Assembly: GCA_043827405.1 (NCBI GenBank)
Contig: JBDRPD010000012.1
Coordinates: 1-64,000 of the forward strand
Source: Elusimicrobiota bacterium
GTDB taxonomy: Bacteria; Elusimicrobiota; Elusimicrobia; UBA1565
Direction: 5' to 3'
Length of the DNA stretch: 64,000 nt
Numbering within the stretch: position 1 is the first letter of the stretch; the number at the start of each line of letters is the position of its first letter. Of this stretch, positions 1-8,852 are shown piece by piece. Both the position numbers and the translations under genes were made by a program. Under the pieces are notes generated by a model. It was not told the origin of the DNA and searched no databases. It worked only from the letters and a program-made list of their open reading frames with translations.

Positions 1-1
1 C

Positions 2-172
2 GACGCTTCCCTGGCTGAAGCGGAAAGGATTCATATCCTGAGAGTCCTCGCGGATGCCGAAGGCAATAAAACCAAGGCGGCCAAGATCCTCGAAGTCGAC
101 GTCAAGACCCTCTACAACAAGCTTAAGAAGTACGGCGTTGATCTGTCCGAGCAGGATTATTCCGCCTCCTGA
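2..172 (+). CDS. 3' end of a sigma54-dependent (NtrC/Fis-type HTH) transcriptional activator, partial
   Basis: Manual translation from position 2 gives DASLAEAERIHILRVLADAEGNKTKAAKILEVDVKTLYNKLKKYG, a typical Fis-family HTH. TGA stop at 170-172. Confidence 0.88.
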   Translation, partial: DASLAEAERIHILRVLADAEGNKTKAAKILEVDVKTLYNKLKKYGVDLSEQDYSAS

Positions 173-204
173 AACCCCTGCTGGTTCTATAAATTACCCT
201 GTTT

Positions 205-241
205 TTGGAATATTTACCTACCAACCAGGGAAATATTCCCT
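205..241. promoter_or_regulatory. Tandem dyad sites, candidate activator binding sites (UAS)
   Basis: AGGGAA-ATA-TTCCCT at 227-241 has perfect arms. The related TTGGAA-TAT-TTACCT lies 22 bp earlier at 205-219. A very AT-rich tract follows (~245-335). Confidence 0.5.
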
Positions 242-357
242 TGTTTATCGCTTAAATATGTAGGAAGTAAATGAATATGGTTAATGATTTGATATTTATG
301 CTTATTATTACTTATTTTTTTACATATTATCAGATCTGTACAAATTCTCCTCAATCC

Positions 358-373
358 TGGCAGTTTCGTTTCC
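358..373 (+). promoter_or_regulatory. Possible sigma54 -24/-12 promoter (imperfect)
   Basis: TGGCAGTTTCGTTTCC versus consensus TGGCACGNNNNTTGCW; the -12 GC is TC. It lies downstream of the dyads and next to an activator gene. Confidence 0.4.
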
Positions 374-571
374 ATTCATATTTTTGCGAGTTGGTCTCGC
401 AAAATTTATGACTGGTAAGGTATTCCAACATTCTCTCCTCCGAAGGTCTGCCTCGGATCGTGGTGTGACGATCCGTCCCGCTGGTTACGGGTACCAGTCA
501 ATTATTTCGTCGTATAGATGGAAGCAAGCCGGAAACAGTCTTAGAACGCCGTGTAAACGTGAGGGAAAAAA

Positions 572-1459
572 ATGAGATCTCTTGAGATGAAAGAGAAAAC
601 CGCCGCAATAGTGATCGGCATTGGAGCGCTGTGCGTAATGCTCACCGGAATCGGAGCGCGCTCGGCCGTCGCTGAAGGCGGTGCGGAGTATGTCGGGGCC
701 GAGACCTGTGTCGGATGCCACGACGCTAAAGGCGCTTCCTACAAGGATTCTTTGCATGGACGAAAGCTGCCTATCACCAAGAAGGTTACCTATGAGAAAT
801 CATGCGAAACCTGCCACGGCCCGGGCTCCAAGCATGTCGCCGCCGGCGGCGACAAGACGGACCCCGGCTTCAAGACCATCGGCAAGCCGAAATCCGAGGA
901 CTGCATGAAGTGCCACAAGGGCGGCGAGACCATGATGTGGGACATCAGTTCGCACGCGCAGGCGGATCTCTCCTGCAACACCTGCCACAGCGTCCACGAA
1001 GGCAAGGGCCGCAAGAACCTCAAGGCTTCCAGCACGGATTCCTGCCTCCAGTGCCATAAGAAGGTCGGGCTGGCGCTTGATATGCCGTCGCACCATCCGG
1101 TCAAGGAAGGCAAGGTCAGCTGCACCGACTGCCACAACCCGCATGGCGGACAGAACGGAAACCTAAGAGCGGAATCTGTCACCGAGACCTGCTACAAGTG
1201 TCATGCTGAAAAGGCGGGACCGTTCATTTATTCGCACCCGCCGGTACAGGAAGACTGCGGCATCTGCCACAAGCCGCATGGGGCGTCGCAGCAGAAGATG
1301 CTCAAGTGGTCGTCGCCGCGCATCTGCATGGCCTGCCACAACGGACACCACGAGGACAGCGGGGCGACCTGGGTCGCTAATATCCAGCGCCGCGGCGACT
1401 GCACCACGTGCCACCCGGAAATTCACGGGTCCGACCGCACCGCCATCTTCCACCCGTAG
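572..1459 (+). CDS. Periplasmic decaheme cytochrome c, DmsE/MtrA/MtoA/PioA family
   Basis: Signal peptide, 10 CxxCH motifs, family-typical SHHPVKEG, CHNPHG, GPFIYSHPPV and terminal CHPEIHGS segments. Confidence 0.93.
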   Translation: MRSLEMKEKTAAIVIGIGALCVMLTGIGARSAVAEGGAEYVGAETCVGCHDAKGASYKDSLHGRKLPITKKVTYEKSCETCHGPGSKHVAAGGDKTDPGFKTIGKPKSEDCMKCHKGGETMMWDISSHAQADLSCNTCHSVHEGKGRKNLKASSTDSCLQCHKKVGLALDMPSHHPVKEGKVSCTDCHNPHGGQNGNLRAESVTETCYKCHAEKAGPFIYSHPPVQEDCGICHKPHGASQQKMLKWSSPRICMACHNGHHEDSGATWVANIQRRGDCTTCHPEIHGSDRTAIFHP

Positions 1460-1532
1460 GCGATAACGGTTAGAGATTGAAATGAATCACGCGATCAAGA
1501 TGAAAAGAACGTGTACGCAAGAGGGAGGCGTC

Positions 1533-3602
1533 ATGACACGTAAGATAACAGCGATATTCGTAGGGGCGGCACTGCTCGCCCTGCCCTACGCCCAGCCGGC
1601 CGGTGCGGAGGTTACTGCGGGAGGAGAACTCGGCTACATCCATGTCGACGAGTTCGGCCCGCAGGGGCGGGTCCGGGCATTAGATGGACGCCAAGCGCTT
1701 ATTAGAGCGAATACGCGAACATCCACCGATTACGGCAATGAGACTGAACCGCGCGTGCGGCCCCAGTTCATTGAAGCCGACTTCTGGATGAAGTCGCATG
1801 ACGCCAATAAGCTGCTGGACCTTGGAGTCACGAACCTTAACAGCGGCAGCGAGAGCGCGTTTATCGACCTGAACCTGGGCCAAGCCTTCCGCCTAACCGG
1901 CGATCTGGACGTGCTGATCCGCCGCATGCCGCTGACCCACTGGGGCATGTACATCGACGGCGCCTACATCAACAACGTCGACCAAACGGTCGGCGCCGCC
2001 AACCGGCGGCACTATATCGTTTCCGGCGGCGAAGACCTGGGCGACGACCTGTTCGTCACGCGGGTACAGGCGCAGGCAAAGGCCCGCTATACTTTGCCGA
2101 CCTATCCCCTGCGCCTGAGCTTGGGGATGTGGAGAGAAGGGGAGCATGGGTCGGCGGTCGATGCCTTCGATCTCAACTGGGGCGGCGCCGGCACCTACAG
2201 CTACCACCGCTACAACCTGGACCGGTTCACGCGGCAGTATACCGCCGCGGTCGAGACCGATATAGGAGAGGGCACGGTGGAGTACAGCCACATGACGCGA
2301 AAGTTCGCCGAGAAGGGGCCGAATCTGGTGAATGATAACGAAACCGGCAACAAAGGCATCCTGCCCAACAGCCATGCGATGTACTTTCAGGATCATATCG
2401 CGAACCGCAATAAGGTCTCGTTTAGCTACCGTGTCGGACCGAAGTTCTCGGTGGCCGGCGGCGTGGCGAAGCTGAGCCGGCGCAACCCGTTCAATCACTA
2501 CGAGTTCAACGTCCACTCGGTGCATACGGGATTTGCCTATCGCCCTACCAAGACGCTGTCGTTTAGCGGGCGGATGTACGCGAGGGACGAAGCCACGATC
2601 GAGGACCTCAGCAGCGACCAGTACCTGGCCCTCGGCAACAAGTCGAACACCATGGACTTCCGGCGTTACAAGGGAGACTTCAAGATGCGCTATACCGGCA
2701 TCAAAAGCGTGGCAGTCACCGCTGGATACAAGCCCGAGCATATCAGCCGTGAGCATACGGACCTGTATACGCAAAGGTGGGGCACGACATACAGCTATAC
2801 TGATGGAACGTTCAACGACGCCAACAGATACGTCAACGATGTGGCGGGGAAGAACACCCTGCACCGGTTCAGCCTGGGGACGAAGGTCGACCTGCCGCTG
2901 GACGCGCAGTTGGACATCGGTCTAAAGCAGCTCATCGCCAACCGTTCCTCGTTCGTTTCAACGCCCAACAGAAGCAGCCGGGGCGACGCCACCCTGACCG
3001 CCCCTCTGGGCCAGCAGATGCAGCTGCTCGTCGGCGCGGGGCACCTCTACGAAAAGAACACCAAGGGCTATACCCGGTACAAGAGGAAAGAGTTCACGGC
3101 GCTCACCGGCTTCACCTGGACCGAGAAGGAAGGCCGCGGCTCCATGGGCATCAACTACCTGCTGGAGGACGGCCGCGACCTGTCGGACACCTTCTGGGGC
3201 GACGCTGCGGGAACCGGCAACGTTCACACGAGCGGCCGCCATGCGCCGTACCGCTACACGAACCGGACCGTATCGGGCAACGTCATGGTGAAGCTGCCGT
3301 GGGAGACGTCCGTCAACGGCAACGCCTCCTACACGCGGTCGCGCAGCGAGTGGAGCGTCGCGAACCAGTTCGACTATATGTTCAACGCCGCGCAGGGCGA
3401 GGAGCTGGTGCTCATCGACCCTTCGCTCGTCGAGATCACGCACTTCGGCCTGTCGATCGACCGCAAGTTCATGAAGAGCATGACGGCGCGGCTGCGCTAC
3501 GACTGGAACGGCTGGCAGAACAAACACGACAAGACCCTCAACGGCTCGGCGCAGATCATCAACCTGTCGCTGAGCGGAAAGTTCGGAGGGCCGAAGAGCT
3601 AG
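1533..3602 (+). CDS. Outer-membrane beta-barrel, MtrB/PioB-like porin partner of the decaheme cytochrome
   Basis: ATG at 1533 after GGGAGG. Signal peptide (..AQPAGA), ~690 aa of amphipathic Y/G/S/T-rich strands, directly downstream of the MtrA-like gene. Confidence 0.75.
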   Translation: MTRKITAIFVGAALLALPYAQPAGAEVTAGGELGYIHVDEFGPQGRVRALDGRQALIRANTRTSTDYGNETEPRVRPQFIEADFWMKSHDANKLLDLGVTNLNSGSESAFIDLNLGQAFRLTGDLDVLIRRMPLTHWGMYIDGAYINNVDQTVGAANRRHYIVSGGEDLGDDLFVTRVQAQAKARYTLPTYPLRLSLGMWREGEHGSAVDAFDLNWGGAGTYSYHRYNLDRFTRQYTAAVETDIGEGTVEYSHMTRKFAEKGPNLVNDNETGNKGILPNSHAMYFQDHIANRNKVSFSYRVGPKFSVAGGVAKLSRRNPFNHYEFNVHSVHTGFAYRPTKTLSFSGRMYARDEATIEDLSSDQYLALGNKSNTMDFRRYKGDFKMRYTGIKSVAVTAGYKPEHISREHTDLYTQRWGTTYSYTDGTFNDANRYVNDVAGKNTLHRFSLGTKVDLPLDAQLDIGLKQLIANRSSFVSTPNRSSRGDATLTAPLGQQMQLLVGAGHLYEKNTKGYTRYKRKEFTALTGFTWTEKEGRGSMGINYLLEDGRDLSDTFWGDAAGTGNVHTSGRHAPYRYTNRTVSGNVMVKLPWETSVNGNASYTRSRSEWSVANQFDYMFNAAQGEELVLIDPSLVEITHFGLSIDRKFMKSMTARLRYDWNGWQNKHDKTLNGSAQIINLSLSGKFGGPKS

Positions 3603-3632
3603 TTCTATAGGCAGCGAACCAGGCGCTGTGCC

Positions 3633-3680
3633 GCCGCCATCCGGGTGTGCGATATGCGCCCCGGGTGGCGGTTCGTTTTA
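3633..3680 (+). terminator. GC-rich hairpin after the porin gene (terminator or mRNA-stabilising stem)
   Basis: ccgccatccggg pairs with cccgggtggcgg (one G-U pair) and is followed by ttcgtttt. Confidence 0.5.
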
Positions 3681-3730
3681 GTAGGCTTTGTTGACGAGAT
3701 TGATCAACTGATCGATAACAGAGGACAGAC

Positions 3731-4177
3731 ATGAGAACCATCGCATGCGCAGTCGCCGTGTCGTTGTTGGGAGCCTTCTTCGCGCTGGATTTGGCGGCGC
3801 AGAAGGACGGCCCCGCCTACATCGGCGTCAAGAAGTGCAAGATGTGCCATATGAAGCAGTTCAAAACCTGGGAGAGTTCGAAGCACGCCAACAACTTCGC
3901 TGCGCTCCAGGGCGACGAGAAGAAGAACCCGGAATGCCTGAAGTGCCATACCACCGGCTTCGGCCAAGGCGGCTACGAGCTCGCCAAATCCGACGAGGAG
4001 AACAGCGCTTTCATCAACACCCAATGCGAGGCCTGCCACGGCCCGGGCGGCGACCACTTCAAGGCGCCCAAGGACCAGAAGAAGGCGACCATCCAGAAAG
4101 AGGTCAAGAACTGCTCCAACTGCCACAACCCGCACAAGAACTTCGGCGAGGAAGCCAAAGCGAAGCGGGGGGGATAA
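3731..4177 (+). CDS. Small periplasmic tetraheme cytochrome c (c554/c552-like)
   Basis: GAGGA RBS, signal peptide, motifs CKMCH, CLKCH, CEACH and CSNCH; YIGxxxC...W..SKHA...CEACHGPG pattern. Confidence 0.88.
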   Translation: MRTIACAVAVSLLGAFFALDLAAQKDGPAYIGVKKCKMCHMKQFKTWESSKHANNFAALQGDEKKNPECLKCHTTGFGQGGYELAKSDEENSAFINTQCEACHGPGGDHFKAPKDQKKATIQKEVKNCSNCHNPHKNFGEEAKAKRGG

Positions 4178-4206
4178 CCGGACCGGGCCCGTTGAGCCCG
4201 CCGAAA

Positions 4207-6075
4207 ATGAAGCCGATAAGGATCGCCGCGGCAGCACTAACGCTGTTGGTTATGGCGCTGGTACCCGTGCGTCTTGGCGCGCAGGAAAACGACGAATGCA
4301 TGGCCTGCCACAGCGAAGGGATGATGGGCGCCCGGCGCGTGAATATCAAGGCCTTCAAGGGCTCCATCCACGGCGAGCACCTCTGCGTCTCCTGCCATTC
4401 CGACCTCACCGACTTCCCGCACCCGGAAAAGCCCAAGCCGGTCGAGTGCAAGAGCTGCCACCGGGTGGAGGCCCAGATTTACCTAGACTCCGATCACGGC
4501 CGGGCGGCGGCGCGCGGGATGACGGAGGCCGCGGCCTGCAAGGACTGCCACGGCCACAGCCATACCCTGCTCAACTCGCGCCATCCCAAGTCCCCGGTCA
4601 ACCGCAAGAACATCCGCGACACCTGCGCCGCCTGCCACGGCAACCCCAAGCGCATGGAGAAAGCGCATCTTTCGATCCAGGACCCGCTGGACTCTTACGC
4701 CCATACCGTGCACGGGGAGGCGTTCAGCTCCGGGAAGGTCAACGCCGCCGTATGCACGGACTGCCACGGCTCGCATGACCTGCACGGCGCGGCCAACAGC
4801 ACGAGCCGCATCTTCTGGCGCCGGGTCCCCGAGACCTGCGGCCGCTGCCACGCCAATGTCCTGGCCGTATACAACAAGAGCATCCACGGCCGGGCCGCCA
4901 AAGCGGGAATTAAAGAGGCGCCGGTCTGCACCAGCTGCCACGGCGAGCATACCATCCGCGCCGCCAAGGATCCCGGAGCGTCGAGCTACGCCGGCCAGGT
5001 CACCGCGACCTGCACCGGCTGCCATGCCTCGGAGAAGCTCAACCGCAAATTCGGTCTCCCCATCGACCGTCTCAAGACCTATATGGACACCTATCACGGC
5101 CTGGCGCAGAAGCGCCAGGACCTGCACGTCGCCAACTGCGCCTCCTGCCACGGCTTTCACGATATCATGCCGCATACCGACCCCCAGTCGTCGATCCACC
5201 GGAGCAACCTCAGCCAGACCTGCGGCAAATGCCATCCCGGAGCGGGGATTCAGCTCGCGCGCGGCTATGTCCACGCCCCGCCCACCGAGCAGCACTGGTC
5301 GATATTCTGGGCCAAACGCTTTTACCTGCTGCTGATCCCTCTGGTCATCGGCGGCATGCTGCTGCACAACGGCCTCGATCTGCTGCGCAAGGCCCTGCGG
5401 CTGGCCCGCGGCCAGGAAACCATGGCGCCGCACACCGACCTGCGGCTGACCGTCAACGAGCGGCTGCAGCATTTGATCAACGGCGCCGCCTTCATCATCC
5501 TGGCCTATTCCGGCTTCGCGCTCAAGTACCCGGACGCCTGGTGGGCGCTGCCCCTGCGGTTCGCCGACGAGGACCTGCGGCGCATCATCCACCGCGCGGC
5601 GGCGGTTACCGTCGGCCTGCTCGGCATCTATCATACCGGCTACCTGCTGGGGACCAAGCGCGGACGAACCGTCCTCTTCGGCCTGCTGCCGCGCTGGCGC
5701 GACATCAGCGAGCCGTTCGCTCTGCTGGCCCATAATATCGGCTGGCGCTCCAATCCGCCGCACCTCGCAACGCCTTACAACTATATCGAGAAGTCGGAAT
5801 ACTGGGCGCTGGTCTGGGGCACCATAGTGATGATGGTAACGGGAACGGTACTGGCTTTCCCCGACCTGACCCTGCAGCACCTCCCCGCCTGGGCGCCCGA
5901 GCTCGCGACCATGATCCATTACTACGAGGCCGTGCTGGCTTGCCTGGCCATCGCGGTATGGCATTTTTACTGGGTGATATTCGATCCCGCCGTCTATCCC
6001 ATGAACTGGGCCTGGCTGGCGGGGTATGTCCGGCTGAAAGGGAAGAAGGACAAGACCAAAGGGCTGAAGGCATGA
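4207..6075 (+). CDS. Multiheme cytochrome c (11 CxxCH) fused to a diheme cytochrome b domain (CbcL/FdnI-like)
   Basis: Likely ATG at 4207 (MKPIRIAAAALTLL, a signal peptide). 11 CxxCH. C-terminal TM helices with four His (RLQH, IIHR, MIHYYE, VWHF) and YNYIEKSEYWA. Confidence 0.88.
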   Translation: MKPIRIAAAALTLLVMALVPVRLGAQENDECMACHSEGMMGARRVNIKAFKGSIHGEHLCVSCHSDLTDFPHPEKPKPVECKSCHRVEAQIYLDSDHGRAAARGMTEAAACKDCHGHSHTLLNSRHPKSPVNRKNIRDTCAACHGNPKRMEKAHLSIQDPLDSYAHTVHGEAFSSGKVNAAVCTDCHGSHDLHGAANSTSRIFWRRVPETCGRCHANVLAVYNKSIHGRAAKAGIKEAPVCTSCHGEHTIRAAKDPGASSYAGQVTATCTGCHASEKLNRKFGLPIDRLKTYMDTYHGLAQKRQDLHVANCASCHGFHDIMPHTDPQSSIHRSNLSQTCGKCHPGAGIQLARGYVHAPPTEQHWSIFWAKRFYLLLIPLVIGGMLLHNGLDLLRKALRLARGQETMAPHTDLRLTVNERLQHLINGAAFIILAYSGFALKYPDAWWALPLRFADEDLRRIIHRAAAVTVGLLGIYHTGYLLGTKRGRTVLFGLLPRWRDISEPFALLAHNIGWRSNPPHLATPYNYIEKSEYWALVWGTIVMMVTGTVLAFPDLTLQHLPAWAPELATMIHYYEAVLACLAIAVWHFYWVIFDPAVYPMNWAWLAGYVRLKGKKDKTKGLKA

Positions 6076-8837
6076 AGCTCCGGGCCGGACTGCTGGCGGG
6101 CGCGTTGTCGCTCTTGGCCGCCGCCGGACCGGCGTCATCGCGCGCGCAGGAATGCTTCGACTGCCACGGGGAAGCCGGATTCCAGACTGAGCGCGACGGC
6201 AAGCCGCTCTCCCTCCACGTCGACCAGAAGAAATTCGCGGCCTCGGTCCACCAGGGCCTCGCCTGCGTCTCCTGCCACGCCGACCTGGAAGGCAAGGAGA
6301 TTCCGCACGCCGAACGCCTGCGGCCGGTCGACTGCGGAGTCTGCCACGCCGAGCCCCAGAAGAAGTTCGCCGACAGCCTGCACGGCAAGGCCCTGGCGCG
6401 CGGCGACAAGCTTGCGCCGCGCTGCGCCAGCTGTCACGGCAAGCATGACATTCTGCCCGCCAAGCACCCCCAGTCGGCGGTGGCGCCGCTGCGCGTCCCC
6501 TATATCTGCGGCTCCTGCCACCAGGAAGGCGCCGCGGTGCAGAGCCAGCGCGAGATCCACCAGCACAATATCCTCCAGAACTACTCGCAGAGCATCCACG
6601 GCGAAGGCCTGATGCAGAAAGGGCTGAGCGTGAGCGCCACCTGCGCCTCCTGCCATTCGGCGCACCAAATCCTGCCGCATACCGATCCGCGCTCGACCAT
6701 CGCGCACGGCAACGTGGTCCGCACCTGCACCCAATGCCATGGCCAGATCGAGAACGTACACCGCAAGATCATCAAGGGCGAGCTGTGGCAGAAGGCGCCC
6801 GGCGTCATCCCGGTCTGCGTCGAATGCCACCAGCCGCATAAGGCGCGCAAGGTGTTCTATGACCAGGGCACGGCCGACAAGGACTGCCTGAGCTGCCATG
6901 CCCGTAAAAATATCCGTTCCGCCGACGGCCGCAGCCTGTTTGTCGACCAGAGCCACCTCGCGGGCTCGGCGCATGCCGGCAATGCCTGCGCCCAATGCCA
7001 TAAGGGGGTGACCCCGTCCAAGCAGCGGCCCTGCGAGAAGGTCGCCAAGAAGGTCGACTGCGCGGTGTGCCACAACGACCAGGTCGAGCGCTACCAAAAA
7101 AGCATCCATGGGACGCTGCAGGCGCAGGGCGACCAGAACGCCCCGTCCTGCGCCGAATGCCACGGTACGCACGGCATTGGGCGCAAAGCGGACCCGAACT
7201 CGGCGATCTTTCCGCTCAATGTCCCCAAGCTGTGCGGGAGCTGCCATCGCGAAGGCGAAAAAGCGGCCGTTCGCCGCCACAGCAAGGAGCGGGATATCCT
7301 AACGCACTACGCCGAAAGCATACACGGCAAGGGCCTGCTCAAGAGCGGGCTGGTCGTGACCGCCACCTGCAGCAACTGCCATACGGCGCATGGCGAGCTC
7401 CCGGCCGACCGGCCGGAATCCAGCGTCAACCAGAAGAACATCGCGCAGACCTGCGCCAAGTGCCATCACGGCGTCTACGAGCAGTTCACCGCCAGCGTGC
7501 ACTCCCCGCTGAAAACCGCGACGAGCAAGGAGCTTCCCGTATGCAGCTCCTGTCATTCGGCGCATACCATCGGCCGCACCGACCGGGACCAGTTCAAGCT
7601 GGAGATCACCGACCAGTGCGGCAAATGCCATAAAGACGAAACCAAGAGCTACTTCGAGACCTATCACGGCAAGGTCTCGCAGTTGGGCTATGCCAAAACC
7701 GCCAAGTGCCACGACTGCCACGGCGCGCACAATATCCTGGGCATCAACGAGCCGGATTCAACGCTCAGCCATCAGAACATCACCGATACCTGCCGCAAAT
7801 GCCATCCCGGAGCGACAAAAAAATTCGCGGGCTACCTCACCCACAGCACCCACCATGACCCGCACAAATACCCGCTGATCTTCTGGACCTTCTGGGCCAT
7901 GACCGCGCTTCTGATCGGGACCTTCCTCGCCTTCGGCCTCCATACCTTGCTGTGGCTGCCGCGCTCCCTGCAAATGCGGCGCGAGCATCCTCCCGAACCT
8001 TATGACGAAAAGAAAAAGCAGCTGCGACGCTTCTCGCCGCTGCAGCAGGTTCAGCATGTAGTAATGATCGTCAGCTTCCTCACCTTGACGCTCACCGGCA
8101 TGACCCTGAAATTCTCCTATGCCGGATGGGCTGTTGTCCTGGCGAAGTTTCTCGGCGGCTTCGAGGCCGCGGGCATACTGCACCGCTTCGCGGCGGTAAC
8201 CATGATCCTGCTTTTCGCCTCGCACCTATGGGACTTGGCGAGGAAAGTGCGCTCACACAAGGGAAGTTATACGTCGTTTCTGCTCGGCCCCAACTCCATG
8301 CTGCCGGCCTGGAAAGATCTCGGCGAAGTGATCGCCACGCTGAAGTGGTATCTGGGACTGGGACCGCGCCCCCGCTACGGCCGCTGGACCTATTGGGAGA
8401 AATTCGACTACTTCGCCGTATTCTGGGGCGTGACCATAATCGGCTCGACCGGGCTGGCCCTCTGGTTCCCGGAAGTCGTGACCATTCTACTGCCCGGCTG
8501 GATCATCAACGTGGCGACCATTATTCATTCCGATGAAGCCCTGCTCGCCTCCGGCTTCATATTTACCATTCACTTCTTCAACACCCACTTCCGCCCTGAG
8601 AAATTCCCGATGGACATAGTAGTCTTCACCGGCCGCATGCCGCTTGCGGAGTTCCAACGCGAGCGGCCGGAAGAGTATGAAGAGTTGGTCCGTGAAGGCA
8701 GGCTGGATGAGCGCCTGGCGAATCCGCTGCCGCTATGGGCGATCCGGGCCATCCGGGCTGGCGCCTGGACGGCTCTTGCCATCGGTACCGTCTCGGTATT
8801 GGCCATCATCTACGCGATGCTGTTCGCGTACCGATAA
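6072..8837 (+). CDS. Multiheme cytochrome c (19 CxxCH) fused to a diheme cytochrome b domain (CbcL-like)
   Basis: ATGA overlap at 6072-6075 and its own signal peptide. 19 CxxCH. Cytochrome b domain with QVQH, ILHR, IIHSDEA, TIHFF and RWTYWEKFDYFAVFWG. Confidence 0.9.
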   Translation: MKLRAGLLAGALSLLAAAGPASSRAQECFDCHGEAGFQTERDGKPLSLHVDQKKFAASVHQGLACVSCHADLEGKEIPHAERLRPVDCGVCHAEPQKKFADSLHGKALARGDKLAPRCASCHGKHDILPAKHPQSAVAPLRVPYICGSCHQEGAAVQSQREIHQHNILQNYSQSIHGEGLMQKGLSVSATCASCHSAHQILPHTDPRSTIAHGNVVRTCTQCHGQIENVHRKIIKGELWQKAPGVIPVCVECHQPHKARKVFYDQGTADKDCLSCHARKNIRSADGRSLFVDQSHLAGSAHAGNACAQCHKGVTPSKQRPCEKVAKKVDCAVCHNDQVERYQKSIHGTLQAQGDQNAPSCAECHGTHGIGRKADPNSAIFPLNVPKLCGSCHREGEKAAVRRHSKERDILTHYAESIHGKGLLKSGLVVTATCSNCHTAHGELPADRPESSVNQKNIAQTCAKCHHGVYEQFTASVHSPLKTATSKELPVCSSCHSAHTIGRTDRDQFKLEITDQCGKCHKDETKSYFETYHGKVSQLGYAKTAKCHDCHGAHNILGINEPDSTLSHQNITDTCRKCHPGATKKFAGYLTHSTHHDPHKYPLIFWTFWAMTALLIGTFLAFGLHTLLWLPRSLQMRREHPPEPYDEKKKQLRRFSPLQQVQHVVMIVSFLTLTLTGMTLKFSYAGWAVVLAKFLGGFEAAGILHRFAAVTMILLFASHLWDLARKVRSHKGSYTSFLLGPNSMLPAWKDLGEVIATLKWYLGLGPRPRYGRWTYWEKFDYFAVFWGVTIIGSTGLALWFPEVVTILLPGWIINVATIIHSDEALLASGFIFTIHFFNTHFRPEKFPMDIVVFTGRMPLAEFQRERPEEYEELVREGRLDERLANPLPLWAIRAIRAGAWTALAIGTVSVLAIIYAMLFAYR

Positions 8838-8852
8838 GCAGTATAATCTTCC

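Noticed and set aside
3745..4206. N-terminal extension of the 776-aa ORF overlapping the tetraheme gene
   Set aside because: It is an off-frame read of the tetraheme gene; the signal peptide begins at ATG 4207.
6061..6080. Frameshift fusion of the two cytochrome c/b genes
   Set aside because: It is an ordinary ATGA overlap, and the second gene has its own signal peptide.
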